Assembly: GCA_036508555.1 (NCBI GenBank)
Contig: DATCHD010000023.1
Location: forward strand, 833 to 64,832
Length of the DNA: 64,000 nt
Origin: Prolixibacteraceae bacterium
Lineage (GTDB): Bacteria; Bacteroidota; Bacteroidia; Bacteroidales; Prolixibacteraceae
Direction of reading: 5' to 3'
A program made the position numbers and the translations under genes. Of the stretch, positions 34,903-43,970 are shown one piece after another (the first letter of the stretch is position 1; every line of letters starts with the position of its first letter). Below the pieces are notes generated by a model. The model was not told where the DNA came from, made no database searches, and was given only the letters and a program-made list of their open reading frames with translations.

Positions 34903-35655
34903 ATGGAAAATACAATTATAGAAGTCATCAACCTGAAGAAGGATTTTTATGTGGGCGACGTGACTGTCCGCGCACTGAAAGGAATCAATATCCGGATTCA
35001 AAAGGGAGAATTCGTCGCCATCATGGGAGCCAGCGGGTCCGGTAAATCAACAATGCTCAATATCCTCGGTTGTCTCGATAAGCCAACGTCAGGAGAATAT
35101 AAAATAGATGGAGTGAGTGTTTCTGGTCTGAATAAGAATGAGTTAGCGACTTTGAGAAATGAAAAGCTGGGGTTCGTTTTCCAATCTTACAACCTGTTAT
35201 CCAGGACTTCAGCCCTCGAGAATGTTGAACTGCCGCTATTCTACAACGACAGGATTAAATCGAAAGAGCGGAAAGAAAGAGCCATTGCAGCGCTCGAAGC
35301 GGTCGGCTTGGCAGACCGGATGCACCACATGCCCAACCAGCTTTCAGGCGGTCAGCAGCAACGTGTAGCCATCGCCCGTTCACTGGTAAACGATCCGGTG
35401 GTGATTCTCGCGGATGAAGCCACAGGAAACCTGGATACCCGAACCTCCTACGAAATCATGGAGCTTTTTCAACGGCTGAATAGCGATGAAGGAAAGACAA
35501 TCGTGTTCGTAACCCACGAACCGGATATCGCCAAACTAACCACCCGGAACATTATTTTCCGCGATGGCTGGGTAACGAAGGAACAATTATTGGAAGAAAA
35601 AACGCTGGCCTCAGAAATGCTGAGGACACTGCCTCTTGTCGACCAGGAAGCTTAA
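34903..35655 (+). CDS. ABC transporter ATP-binding protein (MacB-type ATPase)
   Basis: Walker A GASGSGKST, signature LSGGQQQRVAIARSL, Walker B ILADEATGNLD. ATG at 34903. The track ORF begins upstream, inside the adaptor gene. Confidence 0.9.
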   Translation: MENTIIEVINLKKDFYVGDVTVRALKGINIRIQKGEFVAIMGASGSGKSTMLNILGCLDKPTSGEYKIDGVSVSGLNKNELATLRNEKLGFVFQSYNLLSRTSALENVELPLFYNDRIKSKERKERAIAALEAVGLADRMHHMPNQLSGGQQQRVAIARSLVNDPVVILADEATGNLDTRTSYEIMELFQRLNSDEGKTIVFVTHEPDIAKLTTRNIIFRDGWVTKEQLLEEKTLASEMLRTLPLVDQEA

Positions 35656-35667
35656 TACCGAAAAACG

Positions 35668-36888
35668 ATGAATTATTCAAATCTCTTAAAAATCGCCAAG
35701 AATGCACTGATGCGCAATAAGTTCAGGGCATTTCTAACCATGCTAGGCATCATCATCGGGGTAGCATCCGTAATAGCCATGCTTGCCATTGGACAGGGGT
35801 CTAAAAAAAGTATCCAGGACCAGATGTCAAGTATGGGTTCTAACCTGGTTTTCATCATGCCGGGATCCCAGCAAAGGGGTGGTGTCGCAATGGGGAATTC
35901 CGGTGCCATGTCTCTTAAGATGACAGACCTGGAAGCCATCAAACAACAGTGTGTGAATATTTCGGCAATATCTCCGGAAGTCAGAACCGGCGGACAGGCT
36001 GTATTTGGCAATGAAAACTGGCCGACAACCATTTATGGAGCCAACGCGGAATACCTGGGTATTAAGAAATTTTTGGTAGACAATGGCAGGATGTTTACGG
36101 ACAAGGAAATTGTCTCATTGGCCAAAGTTTGCCTGATTGGCAAAACCGTTGTTGAAAAAATATTTCCGAAAGGTGTGGACCCCATCGGACAAACTATCAG
36201 GTTTAAGAATATACCTATGAAAGTGATCGGAGTGCTGAGCGAGAAGGGTCAGAACTCTTTTGGTCAGGATCAGGACGATCTGCTGATTGCACCCTACACA
36301 ACTGTTCAGCGCAGGTTTCTGGCTATTGACTTCATCCAGGGGATTTATACATCTGCAATCAGTGAAGATAAAACCGATGCTGCGATAGCCGAGATGCAGG
36401 CCGTTATGCGCAAACAGCACAAGATTTCCAAACCCGAAGATGATGATTTTCGTGTGATGTCACAGTCTGAACTTGTGAAGACTTTTACTTCCATCAGCGA
36501 TGTACTAACGACCTTATTGGGTGCAATTGCCGGAATTTCTCTCCTGGTCGGCGGAATCGGGATCATGAATATCATGTATGTGTCTGTGACAGAACGCACC
36601 CGAGAAATCGGACTGCGTATGTCAATAGGTGGTAAAGGCCTGGATATCCTGATGCAATTTTTGATTGAATCTACCATGTTAAGTGTGGTCGGTGGAATTA
36701 TAGGTATCGGATTAGGATATGTGATCAGTGCCGTGGTTGGCTCCCTGATGGGCTGGCCGGTCGTCATTATGACAGAATCCGTCGTAGTCTCCTTCCTGGT
36801 ATGTGCCGCTATTGGAATCTTCTTCGGTTGGTATCCTGCAAAGAAAGCCTCCAACCTGAATCCGATTGACGCCTTGCGTTACGAATAA
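35668..36888 (+). CDS. ABC transporter permease (MacB/FtsX type)
   Basis: 1+3 TM architecture with a MacB-like periplasmic core, and the typical C-terminal tail ..YPAKKASNLNPIDALRYE. Confidence 0.88.
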   Translation: MNYSNLLKIAKNALMRNKFRAFLTMLGIIIGVASVIAMLAIGQGSKKSIQDQMSSMGSNLVFIMPGSQQRGGVAMGNSGAMSLKMTDLEAIKQQCVNISAISPEVRTGGQAVFGNENWPTTIYGANAEYLGIKKFLVDNGRMFTDKEIVSLAKVCLIGKTVVEKIFPKGVDPIGQTIRFKNIPMKVIGVLSEKGQNSFGQDQDDLLIAPYTTVQRRFLAIDFIQGIYTSAISEDKTDAAIAEMQAVMRKQHKISKPEDDDFRVMSQSELVKTFTSISDVLTTLLGAIAGISLLVGGIGIMNIMYVSVTERTREIGLRMSIGGKGLDILMQFLIESTMLSVVGGIIGIGLGYVISAVVGSLMGWPVVIMTESVVVSFLVCAAIGIFFGWYPAKKASNLNPIDALRYE

Positions 36889-36930
36889 GTTTGCGTATCG
36901 AAATTATTATCTTTGAAAAAAAGAGAAAAA

Positions 36931-38025
36931 ATGGCCAGATCATTTTCCTTATCCAACAAATGGATCAGTTGGTCCCTGCATATAATAGCCTGGATTATTG
37001 TCATTATCATCCCGCTTTACATGCACAATGCTTACGGAGCAACAAATTATCACCGGGTTTATGAATTCTATCTGCATACTTTCGCAGCCGGACTCGTTTT
37101 CTATTTGGGATACTTGTGGCTGGTACCCAGATTCTTTCTTCAGGACAGGAAACTTGCCTACTTCCTGATTTTGATCGGGCTCATTCTTGCGACCTATTTT
37201 ATTACAAGTATTGTGGGCGATTACTTTCAAAATCCAGGTGATCCGGATAAACTCACGGAGGCGATGAAGCGGATGAATGAAAAAGGAGACGGTTTCCGCC
37301 CATCGATGAAGATTTTCGGTTTTTTCTCCCATGTTGCTTCTTCTTTGCTGCTTTCCGGCTTTGCCATTGGCCTTGGTGTGACCGATAAACTGAAAGAGAA
37401 CGAGAAGAAACAGAAAGAGCTGGAGAAAGAGAAACTGCACTCCGAACTGGCGTTCCTAAAAAATCAGGTCAGTCCCCACTTTTTCTTTAACACGCTGAAT
37501 AACATCTACTCGTTGATAGGTATCGACGGAGCGACAGCCCAGGAGTCTGTTCTGAAATTGTCAAAATTGATGCGTTACCTGCTTTATGAATCAGAAAACG
37601 GAGAGACACAAATGAGTCACGAAATAGACTTCATGCATAATTACATCGATCTGATGAAGCTGCGTCTTAATCCAAAAGTCGATCTGCAAATTGATTTTCC
37701 AAAAGATTTTACGGACTTTTCCATTCCCCCGCTTTTATTTATCCCCTTCATCGAGAATGCGTTCAAGCACGGGATCAGTCACCGTGATCCTTCATTTATC
37801 AGAATAAAGATGGAAATTGAACATGAGCAGATTCGTTTCACTGCCGAAAATAGCCTTGGAAACAGTGCACGGTCGGGGGATATGCAGCATTCCGGCATCG
37901 GACTCGAAAATGTAAGGAAACGCCTTGGACTGCTGTTTCCGGATAAACATTATTTAAAGATTGAAAGTTCTGAGACTGCCTTCAAGGTGGAACTCTTCAT
38001 TACAAAACAAAAGCTACCGGTATGA
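36931..38025 (+). CDS. Sensor histidine kinase, LytS/YehU type
   Basis: Four N-terminal TM helices, H-box region LKNQVSPHFFFNTLNNIYSL, and ATPase-domain motifs FIENAFKHG and GIGLENVRKRL. Confidence 0.85.
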   Translation: MARSFSLSNKWISWSLHIIAWIIVIIIPLYMHNAYGATNYHRVYEFYLHTFAAGLVFYLGYLWLVPRFFLQDRKLAYFLILIGLILATYFITSIVGDYFQNPGDPDKLTEAMKRMNEKGDGFRPSMKIFGFFSHVASSLLLSGFAIGLGVTDKLKENEKKQKELEKEKLHSELAFLKNQVSPHFFFNTLNNIYSLIGIDGATAQESVLKLSKLMRYLLYESENGETQMSHEIDFMHNYIDLMKLRLNPKVDLQIDFPKDFTDFSIPPLLFIPFIENAFKHGISHRDPSFIRIKMEIEHEQIRFTAENSLGNSARSGDMQHSGIGLENVRKRLGLLFPDKHYLKIESSETAFKVELFITKQKLPV

Positions 38026-38738
38026 AGCTGCGAACAATAGCCATTGATGATGAGCCTCTTGCGCTTAAGCTGGTAAGTGATTATGTCAGAAAGACTCCTT
38101 ATCTTGAGCTGGTAGGATCATTCGACAATCCACTGGATGCCATTGAATTTCTTTCGGAAAATGAGGCCGAGCTCATCTTTGTGGACATTCAGATGCCTGA
38201 TCTGACAGGAATCGAATTTACCAGAACACTGGAAGGAGACCAGAAAGTCATTTTCACGACGGCCTACGAAAAATATGCTCTCCAGGGATTTAAACTGAAT
38301 GCCGTGGATTACCTGCTGAAACCCTTCAGCTACGAAGAATTTCTCATAGCTGCGGGGAAGGCTCATAAAATGGCCGAACTTGAAGCAACTGCCATTCCGT
38401 CGATCGAGGCAAACAACCAGTTTTTATTTCTAAAATCAGAATACAAAATACGTCGCATCAACTTCAACGATATCCTTTACATTGAAGGCTTGAAAGACTA
38501 CATTAAAGTTTATACTACCGGGACCGATAAGCCGGTATTGTCGCTCAACTCCATCAAATCTCTGGAAAATAAACTTCCCGAAGAGAAATTTATGCGGGTG
38601 CACCGCTCGTTCATCGTCAACTTAGATAGAATTGAGACCATTGAACGAAGCCGCATCATCTTCGGAAAGACTTATATCCCTGTAAGCGAACAATATAAAG
38701 ATAAATTTCAGGAGTTTCTGGATAAGAATTTTTTATAA
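38022..38738 (+). CDS. LytTR-family DNA-binding response regulator
   Basis: Receiver domain (IAIDDEPLAL...IFVDIQMPDLTGIEF...LLKP) plus LytTR domain (..ILYIEGLKDYIKVYT...RVHRSFIVNLDRI). It overlaps the kinase stop by 4 nt. Confidence 0.9.
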   Translation: MKLRTIAIDDEPLALKLVSDYVRKTPYLELVGSFDNPLDAIEFLSENEAELIFVDIQMPDLTGIEFTRTLEGDQKVIFTTAYEKYALQGFKLNAVDYLLKPFSYEEFLIAAGKAHKMAELEATAIPSIEANNQFLFLKSEYKIRRINFNDILYIEGLKDYIKVYTTGTDKPVLSLNSIKSLENKLPEEKFMRVHRSFIVNLDRIETIERSRIIFGKTYIPVSEQYKDKFQEFLDKNFL

Positions 38739-38826
38739 TTCCGGATTCCATATCTCGTTTCTTTGGGAATTGCATAAAAGGGTATCCATCAGACAGTTTA
38801 TTATTGATTTTTGTAGAAAATTAACG

Positions 38827-38855
38827 TTTGACCCTCATGAATTTCGAGGGTCAAA
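38827..38855 (+). terminator. Hairpin between the two-component operon and the thioredoxin gene (terminator-like)
   Basis: 10-bp perfect stem tttgaccctc / gagggtcaaa with a 9-nt loop. Only a short T stretch follows. Confidence 0.4.
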
Positions 38856-38897
38856 TTGTAATATTGCACGATTATGTATTTATATACCTATTTACAG

Positions 38898-39338
38898 ATG
38901 ACAAGAACCTTAATTACATCTATGTTGTTATCCCTGACATCCCTGGTTTCCGCCCAGACATGGGAACCAAACTTTGATGCTGCAAAAGCTAAAGCTGACC
39001 GGGAAAAGAAAGACATCGTCCTGACATTTGCAGGATCTGACTGGTGTATTCCATGTATGAAACTTGAAAAGACTATCTGGTCGTCGCAGGATTTTATTGA
39101 TTACGCAAAAGATCATTTTGTCATGTATCGGGCCGATTTTCCAAAGCGAAAGGCGAACGCCCTTCCCAAGGAACAGCAGGAAGTGAATGATAAACTTGCC
39201 GAGACGTACAACAAACAAGGCCTTTTCCCGCTGGTTCTTGTTCTGGATAAAAATGGGAAAGTACTCGGTTCCACAGGCTTTAAAAATGTGAGCCCCAAAG
39301 AATACATTGCCTTGCTTCACTCATTCGAAAAAAATTAA
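38898..39338 (+). CDS. Secreted thioredoxin-fold protein
   Basis: Signal peptide MTRTLITSMLLSLTSLVSAQ and CxxC active site (FAGSDWCIPCMKLE). Confidence 0.75.
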   Translation: MTRTLITSMLLSLTSLVSAQTWEPNFDAAKAKADREKKDIVLTFAGSDWCIPCMKLEKTIWSSQDFIDYAKDHFVMYRADFPKRKANALPKEQQEVNDKLAETYNKQGLFPLVLVLDKNGKVLGSTGFKNVSPKEYIALLHSFEKN

Positions 39339-39340
39339 CG

Positions 39341-40327
39341 TTGAAAGTTTTCCTTCCATACCTGATTCTTCTCCTGCCGTTAATTTCTTCAGGCCAGGAA
39401 AAGTTTAGCCGAAAACTTACGTTAATGGGATGCAGGTTCGAAATAACTGTCATTGCCTCAAACCAGAAGGATGGTGACAAATTCATTGACATTGCTGCAA
39501 ACGAGGTTTCAAGAATAGAACATCTGATTTCTGAATGGGATTCGACCACCCAGATTTCGGAAGTAAATAGGAATGCCGGCATCAAGCCGGTTAAAGTCGA
39601 CAAGGAAGTCTTCGATCTAATTGTGCGGAGCATCAAGATTTCCGAATTAACGGATGGTGCATTCGATATGACCTGGGCCTCCATGAACAAGATATGGAAA
39701 TTTGACGGTTCGATGAAACAATTGCCTTCAAAAGAGGAAGTTGCCGCCGCTGCATCAAAAATTGGGTATAAGAATATTATCCTTAATAAACAGGATCAGA
39801 CGATATATCTAAAACTCAAGGGTATGCGCCTGGGATTCGGTGGAATTGGCAAGGGCTATTCGGCCGACAAGAGCGCTGAATTGCTGAAATCTATGGGAGT
39901 CAAGGGCGGAATCATCAATGCTTCCGGTGATCTTACCACCTGGGGCCATCAACCGGATGGGAAACCATGGATGATCGGCATAACGAATCCGTTCAATAAA
40001 GAGAAAGTCTTCTCCTGGTTTGCCTTTGAAGGCGACGCCATCGGGACTTCAGGCGATTATGAAAATTTCGTTGAATTTAACGGCATTAAATACACCCATA
40101 TCATTGATCCTCGTACCGGCTGGCCCGTTCACGGGATCGCCAGTGTTACCCTTTTCGGACCAAATGCCGAACTCTCTACTGCACTCACGAAAGCCATCTT
40201 TGTAATGGGGAAAGATGTAGGAATCAATGTAATAAAACAATTTAAAGGCCTTGAGTATGTGGTTGTCGACGATCAGGGTAAAATATACAAGTCAGATCAT
40301 ATAAAATTAGATCCCGTCAAACAATGA
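39341..40327 (+). CDS. apbE: FAD:protein FMN transferase (ApbE family), apparent TTG start
   Basis: Signal peptide, then ..MGCRFEITV...EVSRIEHLISEWDSTTQISEVN...FDMTW...GFGGIGKGYSADK...TSGDYENF...THIIDPRTGWP, the ApbE pattern. The only start that preserves the signal peptide is TTG at 39341, 2 nt after the upstream stop. Confidence 0.85.
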   Translation: MKVFLPYLILLLPLISSGQEKFSRKLTLMGCRFEITVIASNQKDGDKFIDIAANEVSRIEHLISEWDSTTQISEVNRNAGIKPVKVDKEVFDLIVRSIKISELTDGAFDMTWASMNKIWKFDGSMKQLPSKEEVAAAASKIGYKNIILNKQDQTIYLKLKGMRLGFGGIGKGYSADKSAELLKSMGVKGGIINASGDLTTWGHQPDGKPWMIGITNPFNKEKVFSWFAFEGDAIGTSGDYENFVEFNGIKYTHIIDPRTGWPVHGIASVTLFGPNAELSTALTKAIFVMGKDVGINVIKQFKGLEYVVVDDQGKIYKSDHIKLDPVKQ

Positions 40328-40536
40328 AGAAGAAAATTTTGGCATTGATATGCATAGTGATGCTCCTGTCCTCCTGCGTGGCCGTCAAGGAATATAAAAA
40401 GATCTACCTGAACGATCCGGATATGAAATTGGCCGCTCATCAGAATGAGCGGTTTGAAAGCAATTTTCAAGTCTACCGTGAAGGCGCTTCAGGAGCCAAT
40501 GGAGGTAAAACAGGTGGCGGTTGCGGTTGTAATTAA
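40324..40536 (+). CDS. DUF4266-family small lipoprotein
   Basis: Lipobox LLSSC, then YLNDPDMKL...YREGASGANGGKTGGGCGCN, the characteristic Gly/Cys C-terminus. ATGA overlap with apbE. Confidence 0.75.
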   Translation: MKKKILALICIVMLLSSCVAVKEYKKIYLNDPDMKLAAHQNERFESNFQVYREGASGANGGKTGGGCGCN

Positions 40537-40541
40537 TCCTT

Positions 40542-42047
40542 ATGATGAAGAGAATTTTCATAATCGTATTTACCATATTCGCTGGCAATCAATTTGTTGC
40601 AGCACAGATTTCCGATTCTTCCCTGGTTTACAAGAAGAGGGTGTTGGAATCTACGGAGGTTGACTTTCTCATGAGTCTATACAACCAGGACGGCATCCAT
40701 TCTCCAGTCAATGGTGGCATTGGAACTGAAAAACTCACCAACGGCACCCCAACCATTGTTTTGAGCATCCCCCTGAATGCGAACGATGTTCTGACTATCG
40801 ATGCAGGAATATCTGCCTATACATCAGCATCTTCTAGTAATATCAACCCTTTTTGGTCAGTCCCAACAACTTACAAAAGCGGTAATTTAACAAACATCAC
40901 AAGTGCTTCCAGAGGTGGCGGGGGAACAGTCTATACCCCACCAACAGGTCCCATTACTCCCACAACTTACAAAACAATAGGTACACCCTGGCTTGCATCG
41001 ACAGGAGCCTCAAAAAGCGATGTACTGAAGGCTGTCCACACAGATTATAGCCATAGCTCAGATAGCCGCAATTTTATGTGGGGATCAAATCTCTCCTTCT
41101 CCAAGGAATACGATTATACTTCATTCGGTTTTGGCGGTAATGTCACCGGACTGTTCAATGATAAAAATACTGAAATCGGACTAAAAGGAAACGCTTTCCT
41201 CGACAAGTGGAAACCAATCTATCCCACTGAGTTGAGAGAATACACAGATTATGGTGCTAATTTTCAGTCGTATGGCTATTTCAAAGGGATAAAAGTATAC
41301 GATCAGTCAGGAAATGTTACAACATCATACCTACCTTCAGGATTCAAAGAATGGGATCAGAAAGGCCGGAACTCCTATACCTTGTCCTTCTTTCTTTCCC
41401 AGATCATGACTCAAAAATTACAGCTGGCCCTGTTCTTTGACCTGGTTATGCAGGAAGGTATGCTTTCGACACCTTATCAGCGCATGTATTTTGCCGATAA
41501 GCCCAATTACTATATCGGAGGTGTCAGCAATATTCCGATTTATACATCTCCAGATAATCACCAGGTCTATCAGTTGGCAGACGCTATTGAGAAATTACCA
41601 AATTCCCGTTATAAATTACCCGTTGGTGCACGGGCGAGTTATTACATCAATGAGTGGTTTGTCCTGAAAGGTTTCTATCGCTATTATGTCGATAACTGGG
41701 GACTGAAGGCCCACACCTTTAATGTTGATCTTCCTGTCAGGTTTAGTCAGTCGTTTAGCATAACGCCCTCTTACCGCTTTTATCTCCAGAATCAGATTTA
41801 TTATTTTGCCCCATTTGAGACACATCTTTCGACAGAACAATATTACACGTCAGACTATGATTTGTCGAAATTCAACAGTCAACAATATAGTCTTGCCCTT
41901 AACTATACCGACATTTTCTCGAAGTTCCGGATCTTTTCGCTCGGATTTAAAAATGCCAATCTTAAATTCAGTCATTATAACCGCAGTGATGGCCTGAATG
42001 CCAATATTTTCTCGTTTGGGATCAAATTTGTCGCCAACGGAAAATAG
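40542..42047 (+). CDS. DUF3570-family outer-membrane beta-barrel-like protein
   Basis: Signal peptide and alternating aromatic beta-strand pattern to the C-terminus. The canonical neighbourhood (thioredoxin, ApbE, DUF4266) supports the family call. Confidence 0.65.
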   Translation: MMKRIFIIVFTIFAGNQFVAAQISDSSLVYKKRVLESTEVDFLMSLYNQDGIHSPVNGGIGTEKLTNGTPTIVLSIPLNANDVLTIDAGISAYTSASSSNINPFWSVPTTYKSGNLTNITSASRGGGGTVYTPPTGPITPTTYKTIGTPWLASTGASKSDVLKAVHTDYSHSSDSRNFMWGSNLSFSKEYDYTSFGFGGNVTGLFNDKNTEIGLKGNAFLDKWKPIYPTELREYTDYGANFQSYGYFKGIKVYDQSGNVTTSYLPSGFKEWDQKGRNSYTLSFFLSQIMTQKLQLALFFDLVMQEGMLSTPYQRMYFADKPNYYIGGVSNIPIYTSPDNHQVYQLADAIEKLPNSRYKLPVGARASYYINEWFVLKGFYRYYVDNWGLKAHTFNVDLPVRFSQSFSITPSYRFYLQNQIYYFAPFETHLSTEQYYTSDYDLSKFNSQQYSLALNYTDIFSKFRIFSLGFKNANLKFSHYNRSDGLNANIFSFGIKFVANGK

Positions 42048-42159
42048 AAATAGAAGATCAACTTCAGACAAAATACTTCACTAGCTGCTTGATATTCTCG
42101 AAATTGTTTTTAGTTTTGAGAAGAACATATTTTATTCTAACCTCTTAAGATTGATTTTT

Positions 42160-42813
42160 ATGAAGAAGATTGCTGTTATTTTAGTCTTGTGCCTGGGTTT
42201 TGTGTCGCTTTTTGCTCAGGAGTCTGCAAAATTGTACAATGCCGGAAACGATGCATTAAAAGCCAAAGATTACGCCAAAGCACTCGAAAATTACGAGAAA
42301 GCTGCTGCCGTCTGGGGTACCGCCCCTGCCGATTATGGTATGTTTTACAATTGTGCCATCTGCGCATTCCAGATTAAGGATTACGAAAAGGCGATTAAAT
42401 ATTTCGACCTGTGTGCAGCCAATAATTTTAAAGCCGAAGATGCCCTTTTTAACAAGGCAGTCGTCTTTAAAATTCAAAAGAAAAACGATGAATTTTTAAA
42501 AGCTATCAGCGAAGGGCTGGCAAAATTCCCTGAGAATGCCAAGTTCAAAGTTGAAATGTCCAAGACCTACTTCGCAGAGGGAGTGAGTCATTATAACAGT
42601 GGTAATGCAATCCTGAAGGGAGCCATCGATAAGATAACTTCCAAGAAATTTAAGGACGCCAAAGATCCCGGATACGTGGCAGAAATTGCTAAAGCTAAGA
42701 AGGAATTCAGCGATGCAATCCCTTCATTCGACAAAACCATCGAACTGAATCCGGCAGACGAAAAGGCGAAAGAGGTGAAAGCTGCCTGCGAAAAACAGGT
42801 GAAAGCGTTGTAA
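42160..42813 (+). CDS. Secreted tetratricopeptide-repeat protein
   Basis: Signal peptide MKKIAVILVLCLGFVSLFAQ and repeated A-x-x-x-Y-x-K-A-(I/L)-x-x-(F/Y) TPR-like helices. Confidence 0.65.
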   Translation: MKKIAVILVLCLGFVSLFAQESAKLYNAGNDALKAKDYAKALENYEKAAAVWGTAPADYGMFYNCAICAFQIKDYEKAIKYFDLCAANNFKAEDALFNKAVVFKIQKKNDEFLKAISEGLAKFPENAKFKVEMSKTYFAEGVSHYNSGNAILKGAIDKITSKKFKDAKDPGYVAEIAKAKKEFSDAIPSFDKTIELNPADEKAKEVKAACEKQVKAL

Positions 42814-42815
42814 AA

Positions 42816-43970
42816 ATGTTGAAGGTCATCATCGCGGGCAGCGCATATCCATACAGAGGTGGCCTGGCAAGCTACAATGAAAGGCTCGCGGTTGAGTCTC
42901 AATTGCAGAACGATGAAATTCAGATTGAGACCTTTCTCCTCCAGTATCCTTCCTTCCTGTTTCCGGGGAAGACTCAATATTCTGAGTCTCCGGCACCCGC
43001 GAACCTAAAGATTACACGCTCCATCAATTCCATTAATCCTTTCAACTGGATCAGGGTTGGACTCAGGATCAGAAAGGAAAGACCGGATCTGCTTATCTTC
43101 AAATTCTGGATCCCTTTCATGGGACCGTGTTTCGGCACCATCGCCCGGATTGCCCGGAGCAACAAACATACCAGAGTTATCACCATCATCGATAACCTGA
43201 TTCCTCATGAGAAGCGATTCGGAGACCGGATCCTAACCAGTTATTTCGTAAGCGCCTCTGATGCATTTATTGCCATGTCGAAAAGCGTCCTGGAGGAAAT
43301 TGACCTGTTCACGAAGAAGAAACCAAGACTCTTTTCGCCGCATCCCATCTTCGATAACTTCGGCAAAAGAATCCCAAAAGCAGAAGCGTTGGAGAACCTG
43401 GGATTCTCCAAACAATTCAGGTATATCTTGTTTTTCGGCTTTATCCGGGATTACAAGGGACTGGATCTGTTAATTGAAGCCTTTGCTGACAAGCGTTTCC
43501 GGGAACTTCCTGTTAAGCTGATCATAGCCGGAGAATATTATTCCGACTCGAAAAAATACCTCGACCTCATTGCCCAACACCAGCTCGGCGACGATATCAT
43601 CCTTAAAAATGATTTCATACCCAACGAAGAGGTGGCCAATTATTTTTGTGCCTGTGACATCATTGCCCAACCATACAAAACTGCGACCCAGAGCGGTGTA
43701 ACCCAGATCGGATTCCACTTCGAAAAACCGATGCTGGTGACCAATGTCGGGGGACTGGGAGAAATCATTATAGACGGGAAGATCGGATTTGTCACACAGC
43801 CCGATAAGAAGGATATTGCGGATGCACTGATCCGCTTCTTCACTTCGGAGGATCTGGCTAAGAGTTTTGAGTCAAACATTGTCGAGGAGAAGAAAAAATA
43901 CACCTGGTCGGAGATGTACCATAATATCATGAAACTTTTCAATCAGATAAAAAATGATTATACGAAGTAA
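42816..43970 (+). CDS. Glycosyltransferase family 4 (GT-B, group 1)
   Basis: GGLASYNERLA at the N-terminus, and a C-terminal GT1 region (ILFFGFIRDYKGLDLLIEAF...PYKTATQSGVTQIGFHFEKPMLVTNVGGLGEII). Confidence 0.8.
   Translation: MLKVIIAGSAYPYRGGLASYNERLAVESQLQNDEIQIETFLLQYPSFLFPGKTQYSESPAPANLKITRSINSINPFNWIRVGLRIRKERPDLLIFKFWIPFMGPCFGTIARIARSNKHTRVITIIDNLIPHEKRFGDRILTSYFVSASDAFIAMSKSVLEEIDLFTKKKPRLFSPHPIFDNFGKRIPKAEALENLGFSKQFRYILFFGFIRDYKGLDLLIEAFADKRFRELPVKLIIAGEYYSDSKKYLDLIAQHQLGDDIILKNDFIPNEEVANYFCACDIIAQPYKTATQSGVTQIGFHFEKPMLVTNVGGLGEIIIDGKIGFVTQPDKKDIADALIRFFTSEDLAKSFESNIVEEKKKYTWSEMYHNIMKLFNQIKNDYTK

Noticed and set aside
36949-37440. 163-aa reverse ORF inside the histidine kinase gene, and similar shadows in macB (36345-36854)
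   Set aside because: They are antisense to well-supported genes, have no motifs, and have the composition typical of shadow ORFs.
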